Source of the DNA: a virus
Taxonomy: Duplodnaviria > Caudoviricetes
Reading direction: 5' to 3' (one strand)
DNA: 41,665 nt
Virus record (IMG/VR): IMGVR_UViG_3300033076_000311
Coordinates: 1 to 41,665 of that record
Shown: positions 25,767-36,219 of the stretch, piece by piece
Layout: every line of letters starts with the position of its first letter
How positions within the stretch are numbered: the first letter of the stretch is position 1
Notes under the pieces: generated by a model
The model's input: the letters and a program-made list of their open reading frames with translations, nothing else
Told to the model about the DNA's origin: nothing
Database searches by the model: none
Position numbers and translations under genes: made by a program

Positions 25767-28037
25767 TTAAGGCAAAATGCAATTGATTGCGATGGCCCGA
25801 ACTAGGCCGATTGATGTTGAACTACCGCTCCCGGCTGGTCCAGTAGGTCCAGTAGGTCCGACAGTACCATTAGAACCAGTAGGTCCAGTAGGTCCAGTAG
25901 GAGCCACGTTGACAGTGTAAAACGCAACAGTTTCAACAATGTCTCCAGCAGAAGCGCCAGATTCCAACACAACAGAAGTTCCGTTTGTCGCGGTGTAATC
26001 TGTTCCATTTAAGAACACACCGTTTAAATAAACTTCAACAAAGCCAACTGTGTAAGTTGCGCTAAATGTTGTCTGTCCAGCAGTTGCTGTAAAACTTGTA
26101 CGAGTGTACGTAGCGTTAAGCGCAGCACCTGTTGGACCAACAGCACCAGTAGGGCCCGTAGGACCGACAGAACCAGCACTTCCTGTTGGACCTGTAGGTC
26201 CAGTAGTGCCAGCACTTCCATCAGCGCCAGTTGGGCCTGTAGGGCCAGCCACAGTAGATGCTGCACCAGTAGGGCCAGTAGGTCCATTAGTACCTGCAGA
26301 TCCAGTTGGGCCTGTTGGTCCTGTCGTGCCACTTGTTCCACTAGCTCCCGTAGGGCCTGTAGGACCAGCAACAGTTGAATCTGCTCCTGTAGGACCAGTT
26401 GGGCCATTAGCACCTGTACTTCCTGTCGGACCTGTAGGGCCATTATCGCCAGCAGATCCAGATGCTCCTGTAGGACCTGTTGGCCCATTTGTTCCATTTG
26501 CTCCAGTAGGGCCTGTTGGACCATTTGTTCCTGCTGTGCCAGTGGGGCCAGTAGGTCCTGTTGTACCAGCAGCTCCAGTAGCACCGGTAGGGCCAGTTGG
26601 CCCAACTAAAGAACCGTTATCAATCCACGCTGTTCCGTTCCAAACATACAAATGATTGTTTGCAAGAACTGTATAGGCATCGCCAACCAAATTGCCAGAA
26701 GATGGCAAATCACCAACAGTAGCAACTGCGCCTTTGTATGTAATACCAGCGCCAGCAGCACCTGTCGGGCCAGTAGGACCTGCTTGGGTGTACATCACTT
26801 GAGACAGGTTGGCAATAACGCCAGGTGTCTCTGGTATTGAACCAGCCGCAGCAATTGTTTCAATAGTAACCAACGTACTATCTGTTTGCCAGAACAGTTC
26901 AATGTAATCATTGGCTGCAGTTGATGTGCCAATGAAGTCAACAACAGCTACAGCAAAACCATACTCTGTTGAGTTTTTACGAGCAGGTACATAGAAACGT
27001 GTGTTGCTATCAGGGTAGTTCGATCCGTTGTACTTCAACCAGATGTCTGCATAGTGAATAGTGTTATCTGTGTTTTGAAGTTGAATCGAATAGGTGAACT
27101 TGTACGTGCCTGGGTTGGCAATAACAATTTGACCAGTTCCAGACAAACTCACACCTTGTGCAGATGTTGTAGAGCCAATAGCAACTACTTGTGCAGTTGT
27201 TGAACCAGTTTGATCTGTAATGTCAAAGAACGAACCGTAGTTACCCAAAGCGCCGCCAGAACCAGTAGCTCCAGTTGCGCCAGTTGGTCCTGTAGGACCA
27301 GTACTACCATTTGATCCTGTAGGCCCTGTTGGGCCAGCTACTGTAGAGTCTGCACCAGTAGGACCAGTTGGACCTGTTGTACCCGCTGCTCCAGCAGAAC
27401 CTGTAGGTCCTGTAGCTCCATTTAAACCAGCAGCACCTGTTGGCCCCGTAGGGCCTGTTGTACCGGCAGTTCCTGTGCTACCTGTAGGGCCAGTTGGACC
27501 AGTTGTTCCAGCCGCACCAGAAGACCCTGTTGGCCCTGTAGCGCCAGTAGGACCTGCAGTCCCTGAAGTTCCTGTAGGACCGGTAGGGCCTGTGCCTCCG
27601 GATGTTCCTGTGGGTCCGGTTGGCCCTGTTGCACCAGAAGTTCCAGAAGCGCCTGTTGGACCTGTTGAGCCTAATGCGCCAGTGGGGCCGACAGAACCTG
27701 TAGCACCAGTTGGGCCGGCCACTGTAGAAGCAGCGCCTGTTGGACCTGTTGGGCCATTAGCGCCTGCCGTACCAGTAGGACCCGTGGGGCCACTAGCAGG
27801 GCCTGTAGGACCTTGAACGCCTGTAGGACCCGTAGGTCCTGAAACTGTAGATGGAGCGCCTGTAGGGCCTGTAGGGCCTGTAGCGCCAGCGCCTGTGGGG
27901 CCTGTAGCACCAGTTGGGCCGGTAGGACCCGTTACGCCAAATTTAACTGTAGCGCCGTAAAGACCGTTAGTCTCAGCGCCAGGAGTTGCCTGAACTGGCC
28001 CTGTAACGCTTGTCCCGTAAAGACCGCTAGTTGCCAT
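25767..28037 (-). CDS. collagen-like fibre protein with (Gly-X-Thr)n tracts and interspersed globular domains
   Basis: Two long GPT-dominated triple-helix tracts; internal BclA-CTD/C1q-like domain; TATAGQTTF domain. Confidence 0.9.
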   Translation of the reverse strand: MATSGLYGTSVTGPVQATPGAETNGLYGATVKFGVTGPTGPTGATGPTGAGATGPTGPTGAPSTVSGPTGPTGVQGPTGPASGPTGPTGTAGANGPTGPTGAASTVAGPTGATGSVGPTGALGSTGPTGASGTSGATGPTGPTGTSGGTGPTGPTGTSGTAGPTGATGPTGSSGAAGTTGPTGPTGSTGTAGTTGPTGPTGAAGLNGATGPTGSAGAAGTTGPTGPTGADSTVAGPTGPTGSNGSTGPTGPTGATGATGSGGALGNYGSFFDITDQTGSTTAQVVAIGSTTSAQGVSLSGTGQIVIANPGTYKFTYSIQLQNTDNTIHYADIWLKYNGSNYPDSNTRFYVPARKNSTEYGFAVAVVDFIGTSTAANDYIELFWQTDSTLVTIETIAAAGSIPETPGVIANLSQVMYTQAGPTGPTGAAGAGITYKGAVATVGDLPSSGNLVGDAYTVLANNHLYVWNGTAWIDNGSLVGPTGPTGATGAAGTTGPTGPTGTAGTNGPTGPTGANGTNGPTGPTGASGSAGDNGPTGPTGSTGANGPTGPTGADSTVAGPTGPTGASGTSGTTGPTGPTGSAGTNGPTGPTGAASTVAGPTGPTGADGSAGTTGPTGPTGSAGSVGPTGPTGAVGPTGAALNATYTRTSFTATAGQTTFSATYTVGFVEVYLNGVFLNGTDYTATNGTSVVLESGASAGDIVETVAFYTVNVAPTGPTGPTGSNGTVGPTGPTGPAGSGSSTSIGLVRAIAINCILP

Positions 28038-28045
28038 CCCTTACC

Positions 28046-29029
28046 TCACTTAAAGTTGTAGCGATAGCCACGTGGCTGGAATTCGCTTGTCAAGTGACGA
28101 TCACCGCCACTCCATTTATCTTTCACCATTTGGTCTTCAATCAGGCCATAAGCGTCATCGAGGCGTGACAGCCATTTTTGAGCTTCGTCTGTGTTCTTGT
28201 TCTTGTCGTAGTAAGCCCACAAAGTAGCGTAGAAGTAACCTTCAGGAAAGCTTGCCAACACAGCATTGCTTTGCACCAAAGGATATGTCACATCTTCTGT
28301 TGGGCTAAACAAGAATGGGAATGTTCGGATGTAATACGCTTTGATTTCTACGTTGTTGCCAGGGTTTGGCGTGAACACGTAATTAGGACCTACTTCTGAG
28401 AAGCTGGCGCGGATCACACGTGGAACACCAAACGGACGAATGTAGAGTTGGTCAATCATCCGCAAGCGAATAATCTCGCGGTCACCAACACGGTCATACA
28501 CAATCCAAGGTCCTAAGCTCGCAGCAGGTGTGCCAGGCTGAACTTCACTGTTTGGTGTTTCTTGGAAAAAGAAAATAGGCCAGTTCATATCCGCAGGGAT
28601 AGGAGCCATGCCGTTTTCGTCAGTAGTCAATACAACAGGATTGACGGTGTCGTATGGGTTTGTACGCAAGGCTGGCAACTCCAGCTTACGCATCTTCAAT
28701 TCACCCATTTGAATTGACTGAGTGATCTCAATAGTTGACTGAGTTGGCAACATCAACAGAGTTGCTGGCAAATCGCCACTAACAATCATGCCATCAGGAT
28801 CGTTAACAGTGATTGAACTTGAGGTTACTGCGGTAACAACGCAAAAACCCTTGAGTGGACTAACACCGATAAAGTCGCCAACCATGATCAAAGCAGTGGG
28901 ATCGGTAGAAACCGTGATCACACCATCAGTAATGCTAGTTGCGGAAATGCCAGTGCTTTTTGGGATTGCTCCAACCCACTTTGCTACTCGACTCACTAGA
29001 GCATTTGCAGATTGAATAAAGTCTGACAT
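28046..29029 (-). CDS. putative head-to-tail adaptor protein
   Basis: Position after capsid genes; FTPNP...YY and PEGYFYATL...AQKW patterns. Confidence 0.55.
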   Translation of the reverse strand: MSDFIQSANALVSRVAKWVGAIPKSTGISATSITDGVITVSTDPTALIMVGDFIGVSPLKGFCVVTAVTSSSITVNDPDGMIVSGDLPATLLMLPTQSTIEITQSIQMGELKMRKLELPALRTNPYDTVNPVVLTTDENGMAPIPADMNWPIFFFQETPNSEVQPGTPAASLGPWIVYDRVGDREIIRLRMIDQLYIRPFGVPRVIRASFSEVGPNYVFTPNPGNNVEIKAYYIRTFPFLFSPTEDVTYPLVQSNAVLASFPEGYFYATLWAYYDKNKNTDEAQKWLSRLDDAYGLIEDQMVKDKWSGGDRHLTSEFQPRGYRYNFK

Positions 29030-29079
29030 TTCAATTCCTCATTTTGTCGGGATAGTTGATTGTATGGTAAAGCCGCTTT

Positions 29080-29571
29080 TTATGACGTTGGTGGCAACGG
29101 AATTCGGCCTGATGGATGACATACAAAGTCAGAGTAAAACTCGTTGACGATGCTGTAAAAACGGATCTTCTCTTTCTTGTCTTGCTTGATCAATTCCCAA
29201 GGGCGGTTGTTGAACCACTTTGAGCTGATTTCATGAGCAAAACACTTTGGAAGATTCATCATGTGAGCCGTGCCAGCAAAGAACGGATTATCAGTACCGT
29301 ACTGCTTGTAGAACTCACGTAAGTTCTTGCACTCTTCTCTAATCTGTTCGACGTTGCGTTGTTCGTACTGAACATAGCGCGTACCGTCTTGAGCGCCAAT
29401 CGTGTACTTCAGGTTGCCGGTATCGAATGTCTGCGACCAGGTTCCCGATTTAACTTCGTTATAAAGCTTGTCGTTGTTGGCAAGAACCATCTCGACACCA
29501 GCTTCATGGTTACCCTTTAGATAATAGTCTTCGTTGACCAAACCTTCTTCATTATTCGCATTCAATCCCAT
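29080..29571 (-). CDS. hypothetical head-associated protein
   Basis: ORF track; AGGAG SD. Confidence 0.7.
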   Translation of the reverse strand: MGLNANNEEGLVNEDYYLKGNHEAGVEMVLANNDKLYNEVKSGTWSQTFDTGNLKYTIGAQDGTRYVQYEQRNVEQIREECKNLREFYKQYGTDNPFFAGTAHMMNLPKCFAHEISSKWFNNRPWELIKQDKKEKIRFYSIVNEFYSDFVCHPSGRIPLPPTS

Positions 29572-29591
29572 ACTTTGCTCCTAAAAATGAC

Positions 29592-29618
29592 AAAAAGAAG
29601 ACCCCGAAGGGCCTTCTT
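29592..29618 (-). terminator. intrinsic terminator after the major capsid gene
   Basis: AGAAGGCCC-TTCG-GGGTCTTCT followed by a T tract on the minus strand. Confidence 0.85.
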
Positions 29619-29632
29619 CTTTAACTCGCTGA

Positions 29633-30790
29633 TTAGGCGAGGTAGCGCTTGACTTGTGCAGAAGCGCGTGGGCTAGTAACAATAGTAGTGCTATTGTCGA
29701 TAGCAGCCAACACAGCCACACCAGCGGGGTTACGCACGATCAATGTGCCTTCCATGATGTACTGGTCCAAAGATGCGTCAGCGTTGCTGAACACTTCGTT
29801 GTTTGGACCCAGTTCACGCAAGCTACCCCATTGGATAACGTCAGGGTTCAAGAACAGGACAGACGTAGAGTCCGAACCTGTTTGATCCATCACCCATGAA
29901 TCGTCGATCTGGTAGGTGTAGTTGAAGTCACCTTCGTAAGTGCTGATGGTGTCACCCTTGTCAGCGGGGTTAAAGCGGTTGATAGAACGGCTTTGTGGGA
30001 TGTTGGTGCTGATGGCAGTACGCATTGAAGTTGGGCAAACCATGTTTGTCAACTTAGCGTTAAAGCGTTGTTCAGCAACAGTCACCAATTGCTTGTACAG
30101 CACAGGGCTGAAAGCTTCAGTAGTCACGCCAGAGCTGAAAGTGAAGTAACCCAAACCTGCGTTAGTCAACGAACCGTTGAAAGGTGTGTTGGTAGCAACA
30201 GGAGAAGTGGTGTCATCGCTGTCAGAAGCAGCCAAGTTCAACACTGAAGTGCCGTCTGTGTCGTTGCCAGAACGTGTACCGGCAAAGGCGAACAAAGAGC
30301 CAAAGCGACGACCGTTGTTAGGCGAAGAACCTTGGGTAGCAGACTGACCGCTGTACTTGATAGAAGCACCGTCAGCGCGAACCATTTGCAGTTCAACGTC
30401 GAACATGATTTCGGTCAATTGCTTGACTTCTTGGTATGCCTGGGGATCGCCACCAGCTTGTTCAACAGCACGAGCAGTACCAGTAGCGCCGATCACAGTC
30501 GTGAAGATCTGTGTGTAGTTACCGATGTTTGCACGAGTGTTGCTGTCAGCAGAGGAAGCAGACACAGAAGCACCTTCCAACTTGGCGTTCAAGGTGGGAG
30601 TGCGATAGTAGTCAACGGGCCAAATGTGCAAGGTCGAGTTGATCTTGCGCTTTTTGCTCATTGCCATGTTTGTCAAAGGAGTGCGGTCCTTGACGTAGTT
30701 GGACACGGTCATGTCCATGTCTTTAACGACGATGTCGGTTTGGTAAGCGCCGTTGCCGTTACCGAGGTTTGCAGAGGTGATTGTTGACAT
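29633..30790 (-). CDS. major capsid protein (SU10-like/DUF5309)
   Basis: RTP...W.VD...EG...GNYTQIF...TGTA.AV pattern; follows scaffold; followed by a terminator. Confidence 0.85.
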   Translation of the reverse strand: MSTITSANLGNGNGAYQTDIVVKDMDMTVSNYVKDRTPLTNMAMSKKRKINSTLHIWPVDYYRTPTLNAKLEGASVSASSADSNTRANIGNYTQIFTTVIGATGTARAVEQAGGDPQAYQEVKQLTEIMFDVELQMVRADGASIKYSGQSATQGSSPNNGRRFGSLFAFAGTRSGNDTDGTSVLNLAASDSDDTTSPVATNTPFNGSLTNAGLGYFTFSSGVTTEAFSPVLYKQLVTVAEQRFNAKLTNMVCPTSMRTAISTNIPQSRSINRFNPADKGDTISTYEGDFNYTYQIDDSWVMDQTGSDSTSVLFLNPDVIQWGSLRELGPNNEVFSNADASLDQYIMEGTLIVRNPAGVAVLAAIDNSTTIVTSPRASAQVKRYLA

Positions 30791-30804
30791 AAAGTTCTCC
30801 TGAA

Positions 30805-31932
30805 TTAACGTCGACGTTGTTTAAACGCCATCAATTGGTTTGCCAAAAGGTCGCGTGTCGCATTCTTATCGCCTTTTGCTGCGCGTTCTTGCAGTTCTGA
30901 AGTCTCGTCCTTTGGAATGGTCTTAGCCTTTGATACAGCCTTGGTTGTAGCTGCCAGTGATCCACCAGCATTCTTGACAACCTTTGGCCCCTCGCGGAAC
31001 TTCATACCATCACGGATCAAACCAAGCAAATACTCATCGGATGACACTAAATCCACGTTTTGGACTCCTGGCACAAATGAATTACTTGCATTGCTCCAAT
31101 CCTTGGTTAACTTTTCACGAATCTCGTTAAAGTAAACCTTGTTGCTCAATTCTTTGTCCTTAAACGACTGACGGGCTTGATCCAGACGCTGCTGGACTTC
31201 CGCAGTACGTTGGGCATAGAACTGCTCAACCTTTGGACGATTCGTTTTCAAGAATTCAGCTTTCTCTTGAATCAACTGAGCGTTCTGACGGATAGCCGCC
31301 TGTGCTTCAGCCCTTTTCACTTCATCAGAAGTGCTATCAAAAATCTGCTGCCATTGTTGGTTGTAGCCTTGGAGAGTAACAAGCTCATCTGCTGCACTTT
31401 GCAACTGAGGAACAATAGTTAACTCAAGTCCAATCTGTAAACCATCAATTTCCTTACGACGATTCGCTTCATACTCCTCAAACTCAGCTTTCTCAGCTTT
31501 AAGCTTACGAGCATGTTCATGGATAGCACTGCCTTGACCAAGAATCGCAGCCGCCTTCGATACTGGCACTTCCAAGAAACCACCTTCGGCATCTTTGTTA
31601 GGAATGCGCCAAATCATGTCAGGATTCGACTTAGCAAACTCTAGGAAGTTAATCGCATCGTCACTTACACCATCGGTGGGTTCTTCTGCAACTTCCGAAT
31701 CTACTGATTCTTCAGTTTCAACACTACTATCTTCAGGTTCGGCTACCTCTTCAGGAGCCGCCTCGGGGGATTCGGTTTTCACCTCTTCTTGTCCCGCTGG
31801 TGGGGCCGTACTACCTTCGGGCTGAGAGTCGGTACGCTGTCTATTAGCGGCGATCATCTGTGCGATGGCATCGGCGGGATTGACCACACCAGTTTGCTCA
31901 GTGGCGGGTGCGTTAGCACTTACGTCTGACAT
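30805..31932 (-). CDS. capsid scaffolding protein
   Basis: Acidic disordered N-terminus, long coiled coil, basic C-terminus; immediately before the capsid gene. Confidence 0.75.
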   Translation of the reverse strand: MSDVSANAPATEQTGVVNPADAIAQMIAANRQRTDSQPEGSTAPPAGQEEVKTESPEAAPEEVAEPEDSSVETEESVDSEVAEEPTDGVSDDAINFLEFAKSNPDMIWRIPNKDAEGGFLEVPVSKAAAILGQGSAIHEHARKLKAEKAEFEEYEANRRKEIDGLQIGLELTIVPQLQSAADELVTLQGYNQQWQQIFDSTSDEVKRAEAQAAIRQNAQLIQEKAEFLKTNRPKVEQFYAQRTAEVQQRLDQARQSFKDKELSNKVYFNEIREKLTKDWSNASNSFVPGVQNVDLVSSDEYLLGLIRDGMKFREGPKVVKNAGGSLAATTKAVSKAKTIPKDETSELQERAAKGDKNATRDLLANQLMAFKQRRR

Positions 31933-31947
31933 ATCTTATCCTATTCT

Positions 31948-32277
31948 TTATTGCTCTGTTTCTTCAGAGCGTTTGTTAGCGATTTTCCCGAGATATTGCA
32001 ACTTCTCAATGTAGTTCACAAAGTCTCGGACCCCAGCAACATAATGTGCGTTGCTAATTCTTTGTTGGTCATCGCCAGAGTCTTCTAGCTGTTCCAACAT
32101 GTTGAACCTATACAGGTTAAACATCAATGCAAAATCTTGGTTTCGCAGCAGTCGTCCTGCCGATTCACCGTTCTCAATTGCTAGAGTTTTTCTTTCAAAT
32201 TTCGCCTCCTTAGAAGAGTCAGAGGCCCGACTCCTTTTGTTGAAAAAATCACGAATGTCCTTTACTAAGCTTTTCAT
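31948..32277 (-). CDS. small helical protein between portal and scaffold
   Basis: ORF track; position typical of podovirus head modules. Confidence 0.7.
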   Translation of the reverse strand: MKSLVKDIRDFFNKRSRASDSSKEAKFERKTLAIENGESAGRLLRNQDFALMFNLYRFNMLEQLEDSGDDQQRISNAHYVAGVRDFVNYIEKLQYLGKIANKRSEETEQ

Positions 32278-32291
32278 TGCAATACTATTCC

Positions 32292-34442
32292 TTAATCAAC
32301 TTGGACGGCAGAAAGTTTACCTTTCTTCATCGCTTCCATCTCAAAGAAGTTGTCCATATCAATGTCTTCTGCTTTCTTGACGTTCAACGCAGCCACAGTC
32401 TGAGATTCCTGAGTCTTGGCTTGATTAAGTTGAACTTTAGATTGCATTTCTTGCTCTGGCAACCCTGGACCAGCCGCTTGTTTAGCCTGAGCAATCTTTG
32501 CCGCCTCTTCAAAGGTTGGCAAGTAAGCGTCACAGTCCTTAACACCCAAGACGTACAAAGTGTCTTCAAACGACTTACGAAGTTTAAAGAACAATTCAGG
32601 CACTGAAGGGTCCAACTGCATCATTGCTTGAGCAAAACCTTGCTGTGTTTGCAAGATGAGCTGCTGGCGCGTCAAACGGTTTTCTTCTGACATGAAACCC
32701 AAGGCCAAATCAATGTTGATTTCCTTGCGGTCAATGAAGTCAAAGTTTTTCATCGACTCAGCGTCCATGAATGGGCCACCTTTGCCGTACACATGAGCCA
32801 ACTGCTGGATGTTGTAGTCGTCAGCGTACTGAATCATGGTGCGCCATGTGATGTAGATCAAATCACGCAGACCAATAGCGCAATTCTTGACCATTTCATC
32901 TTGGATGAGCTGGTTTGGACCCATTGCCAACTGCAATTTGTAGCCAGAGTTGCCGTCTTTCATCACTTCTGGGTTCAACATGTCGCCAGGTGATGTCATG
33001 CCGATCATGGCATTCTTGTCAGACTCAAAACGCTCCATTGCAGATTGGACATAGCCCAAGTTGCCCTGCATTGGTTGGAACTCGTACACGTGCTTGCTAG
33101 AGTCAAACTTGCGGTCCAAGATAAACATGGCAGACACGCCACGTTGGATCTCTTCAGCATCCACAAACTCTGGGTTCACACCAATACGAGCTGTAGACGA
33201 CTGCATAGCAAACGTCATCTCGGCACGGGCAATACTTGTGGCGTATTCCTGCATAGGAACCAGACGCTCTGCCAAGCTGTAGCCAAAGAAGTTGCCAACA
33301 ATTGGCTTTGGATTCATCGAAGCCAATGGAATGAATTCCACTTCCTTCACATATAGCACGTATGAGCCGGAGAAACAGCATTCAACGATCTCTTCTTCGC
33401 CATCGCCATCGATGTCTTTGCGAATCCAAGCGGTAGTCAACATAACCACACGGCTATATTGATCAGCGCCTTGAGAAGCAATCACACCTTGGCCTGGGAC
33501 GGGCGTAGAGTCACGCGCATGCAGGGCCAAATCGTTTTCCAATGCGCCAGCTTGGTAAGCGCCAGCAGGGCCGTAGGCAGCGTGTTTAGCAAACTGCTCA
33601 ACGTCAATGTAGGGATACTGTTCTTTGGCCTCATGGATAGTCATGGGGTCATAGAATCCAACAAAGTCCTGATCTTGGATGTTGTTGATCGTTGGGTTGG
33701 CAACAAAATAGTGCTGTGCAACGTGTTTGTACTTAACCTTGGTCGAGTAGCCTGTCAGCTTGTACTTGGCACGATAAACAGTGTTTTCACGGATTGCGTC
33801 CGTAATATCCTCGTCACCGGCTTGCTCTTCAGCCAAAGCTTCTTGGGCAACAGCTTCAAGATTAACGTCGATACGGCGCATCTGTTGTCTTTTTGCAACA
33901 AGACCTTTTTCAGCAGCCATGATCTCGAAAGAACGCAATTGATCGCGTGTTCCTTCGACTTCTTTGTACTGAGTAATTGGCTCACGGATGGGCATAGCCA
34001 TCACAACGCCAACTTTGTGCAACAAGCTGTCTTGCGCCCAATCACGAACGATTGCGTATGAGTCGTTCTTGTTGTTGATCATGTTCAAGACCATGTCGGT
34101 GGCTTGACGAGCGCCAACATCACCTTCATGGGACTTCACAAACTCAAAGTTGACCTTGCCGTTGGGCATCAGGCACTTTGTGACGATTGAAGTCGCGTAA
34201 TCAATGCCTGGAGCCACCACAGGGTGGATGTAGTCAACGCCACGGATTGGTTCCGTAGAGTTTGCAACAGGAATTGTCAGGTAGTGGTAATCAGAGAAAC
34301 GGTTGAGCGTATTTTTCGCCTGAGTCAAGCGAAGATAGTCAACCATCTTGATGTAGACCTCATGGGCTACTTGTTGGACAAGAGTTCTACCGCCGCCATT
34401 AGCCGCAAGGTTGTCAACGATAATATTTTGTTTGTCCAGCAT
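32292..34442 (-). CDS. portal protein
   Basis: 716 aa directly after TerL; DIDGDGEEE and FFGYSLAE...Q motifs; Gln-rich helical C-terminus. Confidence 0.85.
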   Translation of the reverse strand: MLDKQNIIVDNLAANGGGRTLVQQVAHEVYIKMVDYLRLTQAKNTLNRFSDYHYLTIPVANSTEPIRGVDYIHPVVAPGIDYATSIVTKCLMPNGKVNFEFVKSHEGDVGARQATDMVLNMINNKNDSYAIVRDWAQDSLLHKVGVVMAMPIREPITQYKEVEGTRDQLRSFEIMAAEKGLVAKRQQMRRIDVNLEAVAQEALAEEQAGDEDITDAIRENTVYRAKYKLTGYSTKVKYKHVAQHYFVANPTINNIQDQDFVGFYDPMTIHEAKEQYPYIDVEQFAKHAAYGPAGAYQAGALENDLALHARDSTPVPGQGVIASQGADQYSRVVMLTTAWIRKDIDGDGEEEIVECCFSGSYVLYVKEVEFIPLASMNPKPIVGNFFGYSLAERLVPMQEYATSIARAEMTFAMQSSTARIGVNPEFVDAEEIQRGVSAMFILDRKFDSSKHVYEFQPMQGNLGYVQSAMERFESDKNAMIGMTSPGDMLNPEVMKDGNSGYKLQLAMGPNQLIQDEMVKNCAIGLRDLIYITWRTMIQYADDYNIQQLAHVYGKGGPFMDAESMKNFDFIDRKEINIDLALGFMSEENRLTRQQLILQTQQGFAQAMMQLDPSVPELFFKLRKSFEDTLYVLGVKDCDAYLPTFEEAAKIAQAKQAAGPGLPEQEMQSKVQLNQAKTQESQTVAALNVKKAEDIDMDNFFEMEAMKKGKLSAVQVD

Positions 34443-34451
34443 AGTAGTTCC

Positions 34452-36044
34452 TTAAATGCGCTGCATTTTGCCTTCAATCGGGGCAAGTCTACGGGCTTCA
34501 AATGTATTTGCTCGGCTTACCACGGATTCTCCATGTCCCTGAATCAACGCAAGGATGCCAATACGAGCCGAGTCAATGTGATCGTCTGGATCAGAGAATT
34601 GACCTTTTTCATCAATGGCATAGTTCCTTGCTTCGTCCAAAAAAGCCTTGCAAGACTCGTGAATCTTGAAAGTTCCACGGTCCATCCCTAGTCGCATTAT
34701 ATTGATACCGTACGATTTATGATTCGTGACTTTACCTTGATCGTTTGGCGGGTTAAGAATTGCGCCTTGAATGCAATTGAGGCCGTACGTATCTTCAAAA
34801 ACTTCTCGGACGCTTTGTTCAGTAAGCGTGTACCTGCCAGCCGTTGCCGCATCATGGGGCAATGCAATGGGGACACCTTTGGACTCTCGATCCAATAGGT
34901 AATGAACATACTCGTCAGGTGTCTCCCCCGTGGGGACCGTAATTTGCCGATGTAAGAAGATGATGTCTTCATACGGATCTCGAAAAAAGAACGAGATAAC
35001 TGTCGGGTCATTTTTGATACCTAAGTCAAAGCTAATCAATCGTTCCAAATTAGGATTGTTCTTCAAGTCAAAGTCTTCAGACTTGTAGACAGGCCAATCC
35101 AGCATCGGGAACACCACGCCTTTGCCGACCAGCGGAATACCTTTCATACGGCATTCACGTTCCCAAGGCATAAAATCTCGGGAAAGCTGATCACGTTCTT
35201 CTTGAGAGAAAAACGATTCGCCCCATTCGTTCTCAAACGGGATGTCATCCCAAGTCACACGCACGTGCGAGTAGCCTTCGATCTGATCCCAAAATTTACG
35301 GACCAGACCTGACAAACCTTTCAGTGGTGTGAACGAACAGATAACTTGGCCTTGCCGTTGCGCTGTTCGAGTAACCAATTCTGAAAAAGTTTCATCTGGG
35401 GGCTGCTCATCAAGCACAACCAGGTCAAGCTCGAAGCCTTGGAGGTGACGAACTTGTTGTGTGTAGTTTGAGAAATAAAGCTTGGACTTGCCACCACTAG
35501 AGTGCCACACTTCGATTGAGAGGACGTTGGCTCCATCGGATCGGTAGGACTTGTCATCAATCAACTCCTTTGGGATAGAACCTGTTCCCAGTTTATACGT
35601 TTGCTTGATGTCATCGCATCCTAGAAGCTTGTTCTGCAAAGTCTTAGCGACCTGTTCCCAAGATTCACCAGCAGCCATAGCAACGATAGGTTTGTCCCAC
35701 CGCTTGCCTTTCCACCATGACGGATATTTGCCGGTCAAATGATAGGCAGCTTCATACGTGGAGGCAATGGTTTTACCAGCACGGTTAGCCGCAATCATTC
35801 CTCGGCGTGTAGAGATAAGTCCTGTTTCAAAGAACTTTTTTTGGTACTCAAATGGACGGAACCACTTGAGCTGGTTGTATTGCATGTCTAACGCGATTTT
35901 GTTTCGCGCAGCCATCATCTTGCGAAGTTGTTCAGGGTCTAAAGCTTTTACAGCTTTCTTACCACCAGCAAGTTTTACAAGATGTTTTAACGCCCTCTCT
36001 TTGTAGATGGGCATTACATAGTCGGTAGCCTCACTTCGTGCCAT
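34452..36044 (-). CDS. terL: terminase large subunit
   Basis: Walker A AANRAGKT, Walker B LVVLDE, SFTPLKG, nuclease acidic motifs FDLG and DDHID. Confidence 0.95.
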   Translation of the reverse strand: MARSEATDYVMPIYKERALKHLVKLAGGKKAVKALDPEQLRKMMAARNKIALDMQYNQLKWFRPFEYQKKFFETGLISTRRGMIAANRAGKTIASTYEAAYHLTGKYPSWWKGKRWDKPIVAMAAGESWEQVAKTLQNKLLGCDDIKQTYKLGTGSIPKELIDDKSYRSDGANVLSIEVWHSSGGKSKLYFSNYTQQVRHLQGFELDLVVLDEQPPDETFSELVTRTAQRQGQVICSFTPLKGLSGLVRKFWDQIEGYSHVRVTWDDIPFENEWGESFFSQEERDQLSRDFMPWERECRMKGIPLVGKGVVFPMLDWPVYKSEDFDLKNNPNLERLISFDLGIKNDPTVISFFFRDPYEDIIFLHRQITVPTGETPDEYVHYLLDRESKGVPIALPHDAATAGRYTLTEQSVREVFEDTYGLNCIQGAILNPPNDQGKVTNHKSYGINIMRLGMDRGTFKIHESCKAFLDEARNYAIDEKGQFSDPDDHIDSARIGILALIQGHGESVVSRANTFEARRLAPIEGKMQRI

Positions 36045-36219
36045 ACGAGTCCCTGATTGCCAACATGATGTCAGCAGCCTTAGACAAGTAGAAAACGTCC
36101 TGTGGTTTTAACTCTTGAGGACCTTGGAGGTCTTTTTGCAAACGCTCCAAAGTCTTTCGCGCACAGGCTTCTGCTTGGTTCGACAGTCTCTGACGAAAAA
36201 TAGCAGCAAAGTCTTCCAT
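36031..36219 (-). CDS. small helical protein coupled to TerL
   Basis: ORF track; overlaps both neighbours. Confidence 0.65.
   Translation of the reverse strand: MEDFAAIFRQRLSNQAEACARKTLERLQKDLQGPQELKPQDVFYLSKAADIMLAIRDSYGTK

Noticed and set aside
25802-27910. Long alternative-frame and antisense ORFs over the collagen gene (PVGPVG and LLVLQ repeats)
   Set aside because: Expected shadows of GGN-CCN-ACN codon repeats; no RBS or independent evidence
25830-27930. Tandem 9-nt repeats as a possible CRISPR array or VNTR
   Set aside because: Degenerate at third codon positions and fully explained by Gly-Pro-Thr coding; no repeat-spacer pattern or cas genes
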